Shown: positions 28,786-39,043, counted from the first letter of the stretch. The stretch is DNA of 64,000 bases from an uncultured delta proteobacterium (GCA_963789265.1 CAWBKB010000004.1:256001-320000); one strand, 5' to 3'. Numbers and translations: made by a program. Notes: generated by a model from the letters alone, not told the origin.

Positions 28786-29484
28786 ATGAGGAACAATGTG
28801 CGCCGGAGGCTCCTCAGAAAGATAGAAGAATTGAATAAACGCCTTCTTGCGCTGGGAGCACAAGTGGAAGAGAGCGTCTATCTTGCTGTGAAGGCGATCG
28901 ATCGCAGAGACGCGGAACTGGCCGCGAGGGTCATTGACGGTGACTTTGATATAGACCGCAAAGAAGTTGACCTGGAAGAGGAATGCCTCGAAATTCTTGC
29001 CCTACATCAGCCCGTAGCTATCGACTTGAGACACATTATGGCAGTGCTCAAAATAAACAAAGATCTTGAAAGAGCGGGGGACCTGGCGGTCAACATAGCG
29101 GAAACCGCGATTAATCTCAGCAGCAGGCCGACCATGTGTGTGCCCGAAGACTACTTTGTGATGGCGCAACAGACTCAGAGCATGCTGAAGAAAAGCCTCG
29201 ACGCATTCGTCAATCTATCCGCGGACACTGCATACGAAGTGCTGGCGCAGGATGACGAAGTGGATCGTAAGAAACATACTTTGCACAAGCAATTTGAAGA
29301 AAGATTGTTGGAAGAGCCGGATTTGATTCAGCCGTTAATTCATTTATTCCTGGTTTCCAGGCATCTGGAGCGCATAGCGGATTTGGCGACCAATATTGCG
29401 GAAGAGGTCATTTACATGGTGACCGGGGAAATCGTACGACATGGGGTAGACCAAGGTTATTGGGCTCATGGGAGTTTCCGGTGA
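28786..29484 (+). CDS. phoU: Phosphate signalling protein PhoU
   Basis: QPVAIDLR, DLERAGDLAVNIA, HLERIADLATNIAEEVIYMVTG. Confidence 0.93.
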   Translation: MRNNVRRRLLRKIEELNKRLLALGAQVEESVYLAVKAIDRRDAELAARVIDGDFDIDRKEVDLEEECLEILALHQPVAIDLRHIMAVLKINKDLERAGDLAVNIAETAINLSSRPTMCVPEDYFVMAQQTQSMLKKSLDAFVNLSADTAYEVLAQDDEVDRKKHTLHKQFEERLLEEPDLIQPLIHLFLVSRHLERIADLATNIAEEVIYMVTGEIVRHGVDQGYWAHGSFR

Positions 29485-29630
29485 ATCCGTGTACCTGCCC
29501 TTATATTTGGGCTGCCGGGACTCGGCTCTTGCCCTCCTCTATTCGAGAGGGCGGACCCAAAGGGGATCTCCATCTCAGGGGACTCCTGGCCCAAGCGTCT
29601 TCGTCACCTGTCAAAGGGTCGCGGGTTGAG

Positions 29631-30041
29631 TTAACTTGCCTTGCGCTTGCTTGTGACGAGTTTTCCGGAGGATCTGGTTTTGCGGTACGCAGGTTTTTTG
29701 GGCGCCCTGCACCTGTTTTTACCGACTGCATATTTCCTTGAGGTCTTTTTTTTGTGGCTTGAGAGCCTCTTTGATTTGGTGAGTTTGTGGCGGGTGGATT
29801 TTACTCTTGAAAACTTTTTCTTGGCGCTAGGCTTGTTTTCCGTTGAGGTTTTTTTATCGTGGGCTCTAAGAAGTTTGACTAGACTATCGGTCGGAGTGAA
29901 TTTGTGGCACCTGAGCCTGTGAGAAGGTTTAGTCTTCACTTGAGGTTGTCGGGCGAACGAGCCTTCGGCAATAAACGCGACAAATCCCAAAGCCAAAAAT
30001 GTCCCCAATAACAGTATCCTTGGCATTACACTATGCTCCAC
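29631..30041 (-). CDS. Secreted Lys/Arg-rich hypothetical protein
   Basis: Signal-like leader, strongly basic tail, TTGACA-17-TAATGT promoter upstream. Confidence 0.55.
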   Translation of the reverse strand: MEHSVMPRILLLGTFLALGFVAFIAEGSFARQPQVKTKPSHRLRCHKFTPTDSLVKLLRAHDKKTSTENKPSAKKKFSRVKSTRHKLTKSKRLSSHKKKTSRKYAVGKNRCRAPKKPAYRKTRSSGKLVTSKRKAS

Positions 30042-30110
30042 AGTTATACGATTTAGCCAACATTACCGAATTTAATATGATTTGTCAATATAAGGATAAT
30101 ATTAACATCA

Positions 30111-30581
30111 TCATCCGGTTATCTCGGAAAGTCGAGGCAATGACAAGGCTATGGCCAAGATAATGACCGCAATAACGGAAATGATTACGAGAATGTCCGG
30201 AAGAACCGAAAAAACGGCCTCTCCTCTGTTTATGTGTCTTCTTATCCTTAGAAACCGAACACCCGACATAAGCATAGCCAAACCGGCCAGGAAGAATGAG
30301 AAGAGACTGAGATAGATGGCGTGAGGAGATGCCTTCAGATGCGACGTTTGGCCGCCGAGTTGGCCGAGTTGTAGGAGGTGTTTCAGGAAAATGTCGAAGC
30401 GTTCAATGACAAAACCAAAAGCGAGAAGCGCAATGCTGGTGCGAGACCATGCCAGAAAAGTGCGTTCATTGGCCATGTGGCTCCGTTGCCACGCGAGAAA
30501 TATCCGATCATCGCTCATTACGTCTGGGGGTCTTGGCTGTCTGATACGGATTCCGCTGTCGTCGTCAGGCTCCTTGTTCAT
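30111..30581 (-). CDS. DUF202/YidH-like inner membrane protein
   Basis: MANERTFLAWSRT, FGFVIERF. Confidence 0.88.
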   Translation of the reverse strand: MNKEPDDDSGIRIRQPRPPDVMSDDRIFLAWQRSHMANERTFLAWSRTSIALLAFGFVIERFDIFLKHLLQLGQLGGQTSHLKASPHAIYLSLFSFFLAGLAMLMSGVRFLRIRRHINRGEAVFSVLPDILVIISVIAVIILAIALSLPRLSEITG

Positions 30582-30788
30582 TGTACCAATTCCTCCGGCA
30601 AGTGAGGTAGCATTTCATCCCGGGTATCTAAGGTCTTAATTGCAGCGTTTGTCTTTGATGTCAACCGGTATCGTGTCGTCCGGACGGAGAGCCGCTGGTT
30701 GTTTGCCGAATCGCCGTCATGTGATTTTCGGTCATGAAGCAGTGACAAACGCTCCCCTTCCATCACGACAAATCCTTCGAGGAATTGA

Positions 30789-32516
30789 ATGAGTCTGAAG
30801 AATTCCCTTAAAACAACCCTAACCGGTCTTCTAGAAATGCCGGAAGAGGGGACCTCTCCGGACCGGTACAGGATTCTCCGACGAAACATCGTAGCACTAA
30901 TGCTTCTCATAACTATCATTCCACTTCTTTTGATGGCGTTCATCAATTATCATCAGTATCAGTCGGCCTTAGAGACCGAAATTGTGACACCGTTCCGAGT
31001 GCTGGTCAACAAGACCAAACACTCCTTTGAGCTTTTTTGGGCGGGGCGTGTATCAACAGTGAGCTTTATCGCGTCCGCGTATTCCTATGACGATCTAGCT
31101 GATGAAAAAAGCCTGAATCGCATTTTCCGGGTATTGAAACAGGAGTTCAAAGGGTTTGTCGATCTGGGCCTCATTGACGTCAATGGCCTACAGGTAAGTT
31201 ACGTAGGTCCATACGAGCTCAAAGCCAAGAATTACGCGGAGCAGGACTGGTTCCATAAAGTGAAAGTGAAAAGGGTTTACGTAAGCGATGTATTCATGGG
31301 GTATCGGAGGTTCCCTCACATGGTTGTCGCAGTCCAGCACGTCACGGATAGCGGCAAGAGTTGGATTGTGCGCGCCACTATCGACACTGCAGAATTCGAC
31401 GATCTGATTACTTCCATAGGCCTGGATCCTCAAAGTGATGCGTTTGTGACCAACCGAAACGGGGTCTTTCAGACGACATCAAAGTTTTACGGCAAGGTAT
31501 TGGAGAATTGCCCTCTGCCAGTTCCTCCGCTCAGCTACGAACCCAACATAATCGAACAGAAAGACCCGATGGGGCGGAATGTTCTCCTGGCCTACGCATA
31601 TCTTAATTCGTGGGATTTTGTTCTTATGGTCGTAAAGCCTAGAGCTGAGGTGCTCAAAGTTTGGTACACCCTGAAGGGTGACCTTGTATTGGTCTTTGTA
31701 GGAAGCGTTCTGGTCATTTTCGTCGTTGTTTTCGGGCTTACCAGAGTGCTGGTCGATCGACTGAGAGAAAGTGATGAGAAGAGGGAACTTGCTTTCCGCA
31801 GCATCGAACACAGTCAAAAACTCTCTTCGATAGGAAGACTTGCTGCGGGAGTGGCTCATGAGGTCAACAATCCTCTGGCGGTCATCAACGAAAAAGCCGG
31901 TCTCATGAAAGACCTGGTTGAATACACCGGCAACTTTGCCGATAAAGAAAAGTTTCTCGCCTTGACCGGATCGATCATTCAGTCAGTCGAGCGGTGCCGA
32001 ACCATAACACATCGGCTCTTGGGATTCGCCCGCAGGATGGAAGTGGAAATCGAGATCCTGGACATCAACGACGTAGTCAGAGAGGTCACGGGCTTTCTCG
32101 AGAAGGAAGCTTTCCACAGGAATATTAAATTGGGACTGCATCTGGCATCCGATCTACCGCGCATAGCTTCGGACCGAGGGCAACTTCAGCAAGTGTTTCT
32201 GAACCTCGTCAATAACGCCTTTGCGGCGGTAGAAGATGGCGGTACAGTATCCGTGACCACCTGGGAAAAAGACATGGACACAGTGGCGGTCAGTTGTCAG
32301 GATAATGGCCATGGCATGTCGGAGGAGACGCTCAAACACATATTTGAGCCCTTCTTTACCACTAAGAAAGTACATGGGACAGGCTTGGGTCTATCCATTA
32401 CCTATGGAATCGTCAAGCGGCTCGGCGGTGACATCGAGGTCCGAAGCAAGGAAGGAGAAGGAACGAGCTTCGCGGTTTATCTGCCCCAAAAATCAAAATC
32501 AGAGTCGGGAAAATAG
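30789..32516 (+). CDS. Membrane sensor histidine kinase (Cache-type sensor)
   Basis: Two TM segments, AAGVAHEVNNPL, QVFLNLVNNA, DNGHG, FEPFFTTK, GTGLGL. Confidence 0.93.
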   Translation: MSLKNSLKTTLTGLLEMPEEGTSPDRYRILRRNIVALMLLITIIPLLLMAFINYHQYQSALETEIVTPFRVLVNKTKHSFELFWAGRVSTVSFIASAYSYDDLADEKSLNRIFRVLKQEFKGFVDLGLIDVNGLQVSYVGPYELKAKNYAEQDWFHKVKVKRVYVSDVFMGYRRFPHMVVAVQHVTDSGKSWIVRATIDTAEFDDLITSIGLDPQSDAFVTNRNGVFQTTSKFYGKVLENCPLPVPPLSYEPNIIEQKDPMGRNVLLAYAYLNSWDFVLMVVKPRAEVLKVWYTLKGDLVLVFVGSVLVIFVVVFGLTRVLVDRLRESDEKRELAFRSIEHSQKLSSIGRLAAGVAHEVNNPLAVINEKAGLMKDLVEYTGNFADKEKFLALTGSIIQSVERCRTITHRLLGFARRMEVEIEILDINDVVREVTGFLEKEAFHRNIKLGLHLASDLPRIASDRGQLQQVFLNLVNNAFAAVEDGGTVSVTTWEKDMDTVAVSCQDNGHGMSEETLKHIFEPFFTTKKVHGTGLGLSITYGIVKRLGGDIEVRSKEGEGTSFAVYLPQKSKSESGK

Positions 32517-32517
32517 C

Positions 32518-32644
32518 ATGCAGGAGTGCAAAGTTCTCATAGCGGATGACGAGAAGGGATTTTGTATCTACTCCTGCGGCAAGACTTCGATTGAGGGGTA
32601 TTCATGCAGACGACGCCAGCGGGGAGCGACTCCGGCTCAAATAG
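32518..32644 (+). pseudogene. Truncated response-regulator remnant
   Basis: MQECKVLIADDEKGF then, after one extra base, VSTPAARLRLRGIHA; parallels the start of the 32760 gene, then similarity is lost. Confidence 0.65.
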
Positions 32645-32759
32645 AACGGGTAGGAAAACACCGTCAAAATGGCATAGTCAAATGGGTCTCAGGGTGCTAA
32701 ATTGGCGCGGCCAGTGGCGAGACTTCCCCATTTCGGTAATCGGAAATCAGGAAAACAAT

Positions 32760-33143
32760 ATGGAAGAATTGAAAGTACTTCTGGTTGACGATGAGGTGGA
32801 ATTCGTCTCCACTCTTGCAGAGAGATTGAGTTTGCGCGGCATTCAGGCTCGGACGGCCAATGATGGAGATGAAGCATTTCGGCAAATTGTTTTCGACCCA
32901 CCGCACGTCGTAGTCTTGGATGTGGTGATGCCAGGCATGGGAGGGCTTGAGATGTTGCAGCGCATCAAGGCGCGTTACCCTGCGATGCCGGTGATTCTGG
33001 TGACTGGCATAGGAACAACTCGGGACGGGATAGCCGGAATGCGACTGGGCGCCTTTGATTATCTCATGAAACCGTTACAGATCGACGATTTAATTAAGAG
33101 AATCGGAGAGGCCGTGAAGAAAAGCTCAGGGGGTGTCGAGTGA
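32760..33143 (+). CDS. Single-domain response regulator
   Basis: VLLVDDE, VVLDVVMPG, FDYLMKP. Confidence 0.92.
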   Translation: MEELKVLLVDDEVEFVSTLAERLSLRGIQARTANDGDEAFRQIVFDPPHVVVLDVVMPGMGGLEMLQRIKARYPAMPVILVTGIGTTRDGIAGMRLGAFDYLMKPLQIDDLIKRIGEAVKKSSGGVE

Positions 33144-33808
33144 TGGCCTCAGATCTGGATCAAGCCGTTTTTATGGGAAGAATCACCGCCGGCTTTACTC
33201 ATGACCTTAAGAATGTCCTGGCGATCGTAAAAGAATCTGCCGGTCTTATGCAGGATCTCCTGGCGCTTTCGAGCAACGAGCCCTTTTCGCTCCGAGACAA
33301 GTTTTCTCAGGCGCTCGCCAGGATCGATCATCAGTCAAGTCGCGGGGCTGATTTGGTCGAGGGTCTCAATAAATTTGCCCATCTCCCGGACCAGACTATG
33401 GCTAGCCTCGACCTTAACGAAGTCGCAGGCCAGGCAGTGCTACTGTCACAGCGGTTTGCCCGCTTGCAAGGAATTTCTCTGAGTGTCCGATCTCAAGCCA
33501 GGCCGGTGATTATCATCACTGATCCGTTAAAAATCGAGATGCTGCTGTTTGAGTGCATCCACGCGCTCCTCAACGTTGTAGGGGCAGGGGCTACTATTTC
33601 GCTTCGCCCGTTTCAACGGGAAGAGGCTGAGGTGTCAGTAGAGCTGTCTTCCAGTGGGAACAACGGCACTTGGAAGGCTGGGGCGTTCGATTTGGCTTCT
33701 TTGCCGGAATGGACTGTGCTGCAAAAGAGTGCCCGTAATCTCAAAGGAAGGATAGAGCCCGGCCTGCCTCCTGTCTGGTTCAACCTCACGTTGGCTGGAG
33801 CAGCATGA
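33140..33808 (+). CDS. Histidine-kinase-like protein (H-box present, ATPase domain degenerate)
   Basis: GRITAGFTHDLKNVLA; no recognisable N, G1 or G2 boxes. Confidence 0.7.
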   Translation: MMASDLDQAVFMGRITAGFTHDLKNVLAIVKESAGLMQDLLALSSNEPFSLRDKFSQALARIDHQSSRGADLVEGLNKFAHLPDQTMASLDLNEVAGQAVLLSQRFARLQGISLSVRSQARPVIIITDPLKIEMLLFECIHALLNVVGAGATISLRPFQREEAEVSVELSSSGNNGTWKAGAFDLASLPEWTVLQKSARNLKGRIEPGLPPVWFNLTLAGAA

Positions 33809-33927
33809 CTGCGACCGTCGGCATCATGAGACGTGGCGTCTCCAAGGTGCTGGCCTCCCAAAAGGAATGTTTTCCAAACCGGATTTCCACGACAACCCAT
33901 AACGGTGCCCCATACATGGAGGGAAAG

Positions 33928-34386
33928 ATGCGGGAATTTAGGGTGCTCATGATTGATGACGAAGAAGACTTCGTCAAAACCCTCGCCGAGCGGATGCTAA
34001 TGCGTGACCTTGATTCTGAGGTGGCCCTCAGCGGAGAGGCAGCCCTCCAGGCCGTTGAACAGCAAGCGCCGGATGTGATGGTATTAGACCTTAAAATGCC
34101 GGGTATCGACGGCATGGAAGTGTTACGAAGGGTGAGAAGAGCGTATCCGCAGGTGCAGGTAGTTATCCTGACCGGGCACGGTTCCGGAAAAGATGAGAGG
34201 GAAGCCCGGCGTTTGGGAGCCTTTGCATACCTACAAAAACCGGTGGACATGGAAAAGCTAACGGTCACCCTGAAGAACGCCTACAAGGAAAAAATGGAGG
34301 ATGCGATGATGGCAGCCACTTTTGCAGAGACAGGAGAGCTGCAGAGGGCCCGGCAAATCGTGGATGAGGAGCAGAAAGTCAAGTAG
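33928..34386 (+). CDS. Response regulator receiver protein
   Basis: VLMIDDE, VLDLKMPG, YLQKP; C-terminal MMAATFAETGE tail. Confidence 0.9.
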   Translation: MREFRVLMIDDEEDFVKTLAERMLMRDLDSEVALSGEAALQAVEQQAPDVMVLDLKMPGIDGMEVLRRVRRAYPQVQVVILTGHGSGKDEREARRLGAFAYLQKPVDMEKLTVTLKNAYKEKMEDAMMAATFAETGELQRARQIVDEEQKVK

Positions 34387-34404
34387 ACCTCCGGAGCTGT
34401 GCGG

Positions 34405-34821
34405 ATGAGTGTAGAAGTGTTGCTGGTTGATGATGAACAACAGTTCGTAGAAGTCCTGGCTGAACGTTTGGAAGCTCGAGGATTCAGTGTACGGACGGCT
34501 GTGAGTGGGGATGAGGGGCTTGTCAAGCTTCGGGAGCAAGAAGCGGATGTAGTAATCCTTGATATGCAAATGCCGGGACGAGACGGCGTTGACAGCCTCC
34601 GTGAAATTAAGCGGATCAGCCCTCTGATCGAAGTGATCATGCTCACAGGCCACGCGACGATTGATAGTGGAATTCAGGGGTTAAAGCTGGGGGCGTATGA
34701 CTACCTTATGAAACCCGCGGAAACGGAAGATCTTGTCCCAAAGATCCTGAGAGCGTATGCGCGCAAATCGGAGCAGGAAGAGCGCATTCGCCGGGCAGAG
34801 ATAGACAAGACTATCGCCTAA
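34405..34821 (+). CDS. Response regulator receiver protein
   Basis: VLLVDDE, ILDMQMPG, LTGH, YDYLMKP. Confidence 0.92.
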   Translation: MSVEVLLVDDEQQFVEVLAERLEARGFSVRTAVSGDEGLVKLREQEADVVILDMQMPGRDGVDSLREIKRISPLIEVIMLTGHATIDSGIQGLKLGAYDYLMKPAETEDLVPKILRAYARKSEQEERIRRAEIDKTIA

Positions 34822-35175
34822 GGTGGGTGGTAGATCTCTTTGAATAGCGTGAAGATCCTGGAATCGGGTTCGAAAGATTAGGACGAATGACAATCTAACC
34901 CGATGGAGGGGAGAATGTTACGCTTCCCCGTAAACTTTAGTACCTGATTATCCTCCATAATTTGTATTCGAATCTGTGGGGCAACCGTTGTATGGCCTGG
35001 CGAGGGCTCAAGCATCTACCGAAAGCCAATGCATGGAAGGGGCATTCTTGTTGGCCTGACGCCTTTGTGGTGTGCGAGGCTTTGCCTCTGTTGATTGAAC
35101 GTGGGTCGGCCCGACGAGTTTTCACAGAATTGGCCGCCGGCCGCGATTTTTCAAAGCAACGAACAGGAGTTGGAA

Positions 35176-36135
35176 ATGTCGAAACTTGCTAAACTGAGTT
35201 TAGTTACTTTAGTCTGCTTAGTGCTGACACCGGTTACGGTGGTCTCTGTCATGGCTGCAACAGCTTCCGCTGCACCTGTAGAGGGTGGTGAGAGCTACCC
35301 GTGGTGGATCTGGCCGCTGCTTCTGCTGGTGGTGACATTCGTTATGGGGGTGGCGGCGGTTCTGGGCGGCGTTGGAGGCGGGGTCTTGTTCGTGCCCATT
35401 ATCAGCGGGTTCTTCCCCTTTCATCTCGATTTCGTCAGAGGGGCCGGTCTGCTCGTCGCTCTTTCGGGTGCCCTCGCAGCCGGACCCGGCTTGCTCAAAT
35501 TAAATCTAGCCAGTTTGCGGCTTGCTATGCCTGTAGCATTGATAGCTTCGGCCTTTTCAATAATAGGAGCAATGATCGGTTTGGCCTTGCCCACCAAAAT
35601 CGTCCAGATAGCTTTGGGCGCCACAATATTAGGAATCTGCATTCTGATGTTGACGGCAAGAAAATCTGATGTGCCGAACGTTCCTCAAGCGGACCGAATC
35701 TCTTCTGCCTTGCGAATTTACGGAGTTTATCAGGAGGCTAGCACCGGCCAGATCATAGACTGGAAAATACATCGCACCCCGCAGGGGCTAATACTATTCA
35801 TTGCTATCGGGATAATGGCGGGCATGTTCGGGTTGGGGGCCGGCTGGGCCAATGTTCCCGTGCTGAATCTGCTGATGGGAGCGCCTCTGAAAATCAGCGT
35901 GGGCACAAGTAAATTTCTATTGTCAATAACCGATACCTCTGCGGCCTGGATCTACCTGAACAATGGTTGCGTAATCCCAATGATCGTAGTTCCTTCGCTA
36001 ATCGGGATCATGTTGGGGTCTTTCGTAGGGGTCAGGCTCCTGAGAGTTGCAAAGCCGGGGGTCGTGCGGTGGATGGTTATCGGGATACTGGCCTTGGCAG
36101 GCATGAAAGCCCTGACCAAAGGGCTGGGGCTCTAA
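35176..36135 (+). CDS. TauE/SafE family sulfite exporter-like membrane protein
   Basis: GGVGGGVLFVP and GLGAGWANVP repeats; polytopic. Confidence 0.85.
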   Translation: MSKLAKLSLVTLVCLVLTPVTVVSVMAATASAAPVEGGESYPWWIWPLLLLVVTFVMGVAAVLGGVGGGVLFVPIISGFFPFHLDFVRGAGLLVALSGALAAGPGLLKLNLASLRLAMPVALIASAFSIIGAMIGLALPTKIVQIALGATILGICILMLTARKSDVPNVPQADRISSALRIYGVYQEASTGQIIDWKIHRTPQGLILFIAIGIMAGMFGLGAGWANVPVLNLLMGAPLKISVGTSKFLLSITDTSAAWIYLNNGCVIPMIVVPSLIGIMLGSFVGVRLLRVAKPGVVRWMVIGILALAGMKALTKGLGL

Positions 36136-36196
36136 AGTCAGTCATGACAGACAATACCGACGCGTCGGAATTGTGCGGAATAGGAGAGGTAAGATA

Positions 36197-36625
36197 ATGT
36201 CTAACAACTCTCAGAAATCGCTACAAGCGACACAAGAACAGATAATCTATGCGAATCTGCTCGAAAAAGGTATGTTTTTGGGACTGCTGATCTTGTTAAT
36301 CACGTATTTGCTCTATGTACTTGGGATACTGAAGCCCTATGTGCCTATCAATGAAATCCCCAAATGTTGGGGTGCCGGTGTCCACAATTATCTGCACCAT
36401 TGCCATATACAGACCGGCTGGACATGGCTCGGAATGGTCCGTTACGGGGATTTCATAAATTTCATAGGGATTGCCCTGCTCGCAGGAGTGACCATCGTTT
36501 GTTTTTTGGCAATTGTGCCGGTGTTATGGAAGAACGGCGACAAGTGGTACGCATGCTTCGCGTTGCTGGAAGTGCTTATCCTGGGCTTGGCTGCCAGCGG
36601 CATCCTTAGCGTAGGTGGACATTGA
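36197..36625 (+). CDS. DUF1634-like membrane protein
   Basis: EQIIYANLL, GDFINFIGIALLA; typical partner of this TauE subfamily. Confidence 0.75.
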   Translation: MSNNSQKSLQATQEQIIYANLLEKGMFLGLLILLITYLLYVLGILKPYVPINEIPKCWGAGVHNYLHHCHIQTGWTWLGMVRYGDFINFIGIALLAGVTIVCFLAIVPVLWKNGDKWYACFALLEVLILGLAASGILSVGGH

Positions 36626-36722
36626 CAAGTCCCGAATGACAACCGGCGGTCCGCGGGTCGCGGCACGGTGGCCGACACTGACGGTCAAGGCGGGGCCTGC
36701 TGATTAAAGAGACTACCTCCGA

Positions 36723-37424
36723 CTACAAACGTCTTGTTCCTTCGGCCAACTCCATCAGACCCTCGCGGTCCACGATTAAGATGTGCGGCCCATCGTACTC
36801 AATCAAGCCTTGTTTTACCATTCTGGTAAGGATGCGGGACAACGTTTCGGGTATTGTGCCCAACATGCCCGCCAGTTGTCCTTTGGGTACGTCCAATTCC
36901 AGACTGTTCGCCCCTGCTTTTCGTTCGCTTAAGTAAAGAAGGTGAGCTGCCAGGCGGCCGGGAACTTCTTTCAGGGAAAGATTGTCGACTAGTTCCGTAA
37001 AACGGCGCAAGCGGCGCGAAAGCACGGCGAGCATATTTAGTGACAGCGAAGGATTTTGGCTAATCAAGCCGACAAACGCAACTCTTGGAAAAAAGAGGCA
37101 TCGAGTTTGGTCCAGCGCCACGGCATGTGCCGGAAAGCGACGCCCTTCGAAAACCGGCACTTCTCCAAAAGGCTCCCCAGCGCCAAAAATGTGCAGGATC
37201 TGTTCTCTTCCGTCAGCGGAAAGTTTGTAGATTTTCACTCGGCCTGCCACAACCACGTAAAATCCTGTCCCCGGTTCTCCTTCCGAAAAGATTGTTCTAC
37301 CTCGCTTGAATGACTTCGCAAGGGCTATGGAGGCGAGGTCCTTGAGCTGATCCTCAGGCAAATCCTCAAACAACGGTATATTCGCGACCAACCTGACTGT
37401 TTCCATATTACTCCGATCCATCAT
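36723..37424 (-). CDS. hcpR: Crp/Fnr family regulator (HcpR-like)
   Basis: cNMP-like domain (GEPFGE), HTH GTIPETLSR; divergent from the hcp cluster. Confidence 0.85.
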   Translation of the reverse strand: MMDRSNMETVRLVANIPLFEDLPEDQLKDLASIALAKSFKRGRTIFSEGEPGTGFYVVVAGRVKIYKLSADGREQILHIFGAGEPFGEVPVFEGRRFPAHAVALDQTRCLFFPRVAFVGLISQNPSLSLNMLAVLSRRLRRFTELVDNLSLKEVPGRLAAHLLYLSERKAGANSLELDVPKGQLAGMLGTIPETLSRILTRMVKQGLIEYDGPHILIVDREGLMELAEGTRRL

Positions 37425-37683
37425 CGAAAATGCCGAGAAGGAACTCGATACTCAATGTGGACTCGAAAAAAGTAGCCGTTCACTTGCGCCTGGAACGTTC
37501 TGTCGCTTGTCATTGCGAGGAGTGACTGGTGGGGCTGGCTTCCAGCCTGTCTACCAGGGGTGACGGGCAAGATGCCCGTCCCACTGGCAATCTAAGCGGC
37601 TTTTAAAGGAAAAGATGGCTTCGGTCGCAATGACAATCTTTCACCGCTGCTAAGCGAATGTTTGCTGAAAAAAAATGATCTGA

Positions 37684-37697
37684 TTGACTTAAGTCAA
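37684..37697. promoter_or_regulatory. HcpR/Fnr-type box 1
   Basis: Perfect palindrome TTGACTTAAGTCAA preceded by an A-tract. Confidence 0.8.
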
Positions 37698-37794
37698 AGC
37701 ACGTTCTGCTCTGAGTAGTTAAATTCTTTTCGTGTAAAGGAAAACACGTTTTCGGATTGAGCCAGAATCAATCAAAACAGCGAAAACGTCAAGA

Positions 37795-37957
37795 TATAGC
37801 GGTTCTCAAAAGTAATCGCGGGAAAAGAAGATGGCTTGGTGGCGACGGGCATCTTGCCCGTCGTTCCCACTAGACAGGCTGGAAGCCTGTCCCACCAATC
37901 CAAATAAGTTACCGACACGCATTGCGTATGACGACAATATTTTTGAGAACTACCATA
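37795..37957. mobile_element. MITE-like element (163 bp) enclosing a REP-like doublet
   Basis: TATAGCGGTTCTCAAAA and TTTTGAGAACTACCATA, 14/17 match with TA at both ends; internal palindromes at 37838-37897. Confidence 0.6.
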
Positions 37958-38056
37958 GGTCCATACGAATTGCGACTCCGAGTAAGCAACAATGACGGAA
38001 TATTTTTTGGGGAACAAGATCAGTGGCACGGCCATTCCGATGGAGGAGTTCAATAA

Positions 38057-38857
38057 ATGAAATGGGCCAGAGAGGCTGAAGAAGCCATAGCCAGGGTCCC
38101 CTTTTTCGTGCGCCGACGCGTGCGGAAACGAGTGGAAGATGAAGCCGAACGGCGGCATTCATGTGAGGTGACTCTGGAGCATGTGCGTGCCTGCAAGCAA
38201 AAATTTCTCACGAATATGGAGGACGAGGTCAACGGCTACCAGATCGAGACCTGTTTCGGTCCCGGAGGTTGCCCGCACCGTGCAATAAAGGATCCGGACC
38301 TCGTGAAAAAGTTGGAAGCTATCTTGGCCTCGAAGGACCTTCGGGCATTCCTGAAGAATCGTGTGAGCGGTCCCCTCAAACTGCACCATGAATTTCGCGT
38401 GTCCGTATCTAACTGCCCCAATGCTTGTTCCCGGCCTCAAATAGCGGATTTGGGCCTCATTGGAGCTGCTCGGCCGCGAATCTATGCCGACGGATGCACC
38501 GGATGCGGTGCATGTACGACTATATGTGGAGAAGACGCGATCCAATTGTCCGAAACAGGCGTCCGGCCCATAATCGATGGCGAAAAATGCCTCTCCTGCG
38601 GCCGGTGCATCTCGGTCTGCCCCGGAGAGGTTCTTGGAGAAGAGACGAAAGGCTATCGCATATTGCTGGGCGGAAAGCTCGGGCGCAGACCGCAGCTTGC
38701 CAGGGAACTCGAAGGTATCTATTCCAGGGAGGAAGCACTTCGAGTTGTAGACAAATGTCTGGATCATTATCTGGAGCATTGTGTGGCCGGCGAACGTTTC
38801 GGAGAGATTTTGAATCGGACGGGTGCCGATCTGACCGCGTTCTCAGCGAAGCTTTGA
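38057..38857 (+). CDS. Nitrite/sulfite-reductase-like 4Fe-4S protein
   Basis: W..EAEEAIARVPFFVR N-terminal domain, CFGPGGCP, NCPNACSRPQIADLG, two CxxCxxCxxxC motifs, LGGKLGR. Confidence 0.8.
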   Translation: MKWAREAEEAIARVPFFVRRRVRKRVEDEAERRHSCEVTLEHVRACKQKFLTNMEDEVNGYQIETCFGPGGCPHRAIKDPDLVKKLEAILASKDLRAFLKNRVSGPLKLHHEFRVSVSNCPNACSRPQIADLGLIGAARPRIYADGCTGCGACTTICGEDAIQLSETGVRPIIDGEKCLSCGRCISVCPGEVLGEETKGYRILLGGKLGRRPQLARELEGIYSREEALRVVDKCLDHYLEHCVAGERFGEILNRTGADLTAFSAKL

Positions 38858-39043
38858 ACTGGAGTTTCTCCTTGTAAAGACGGGAACTGTCATTGCGAGG
38901 CCGCGAGCTCACAACAACCCGGCGACCAGCAAAAACACATTGCGTCGACGTCTGACTTCTCGCAATGACAGTGGTCTCAATACTGGATTCTGTGGCCAAG
39001 GCGCGGTTCCCGACCACAAAAAAATCACAAAAAAAGATGACAT

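Noticed and set aside
38023..38038. Possible sigma54 promoter TGGCACGGCCATTCC
   Set aside because: It lacks the GC at -12, and the implied TSS would cut off the SD.
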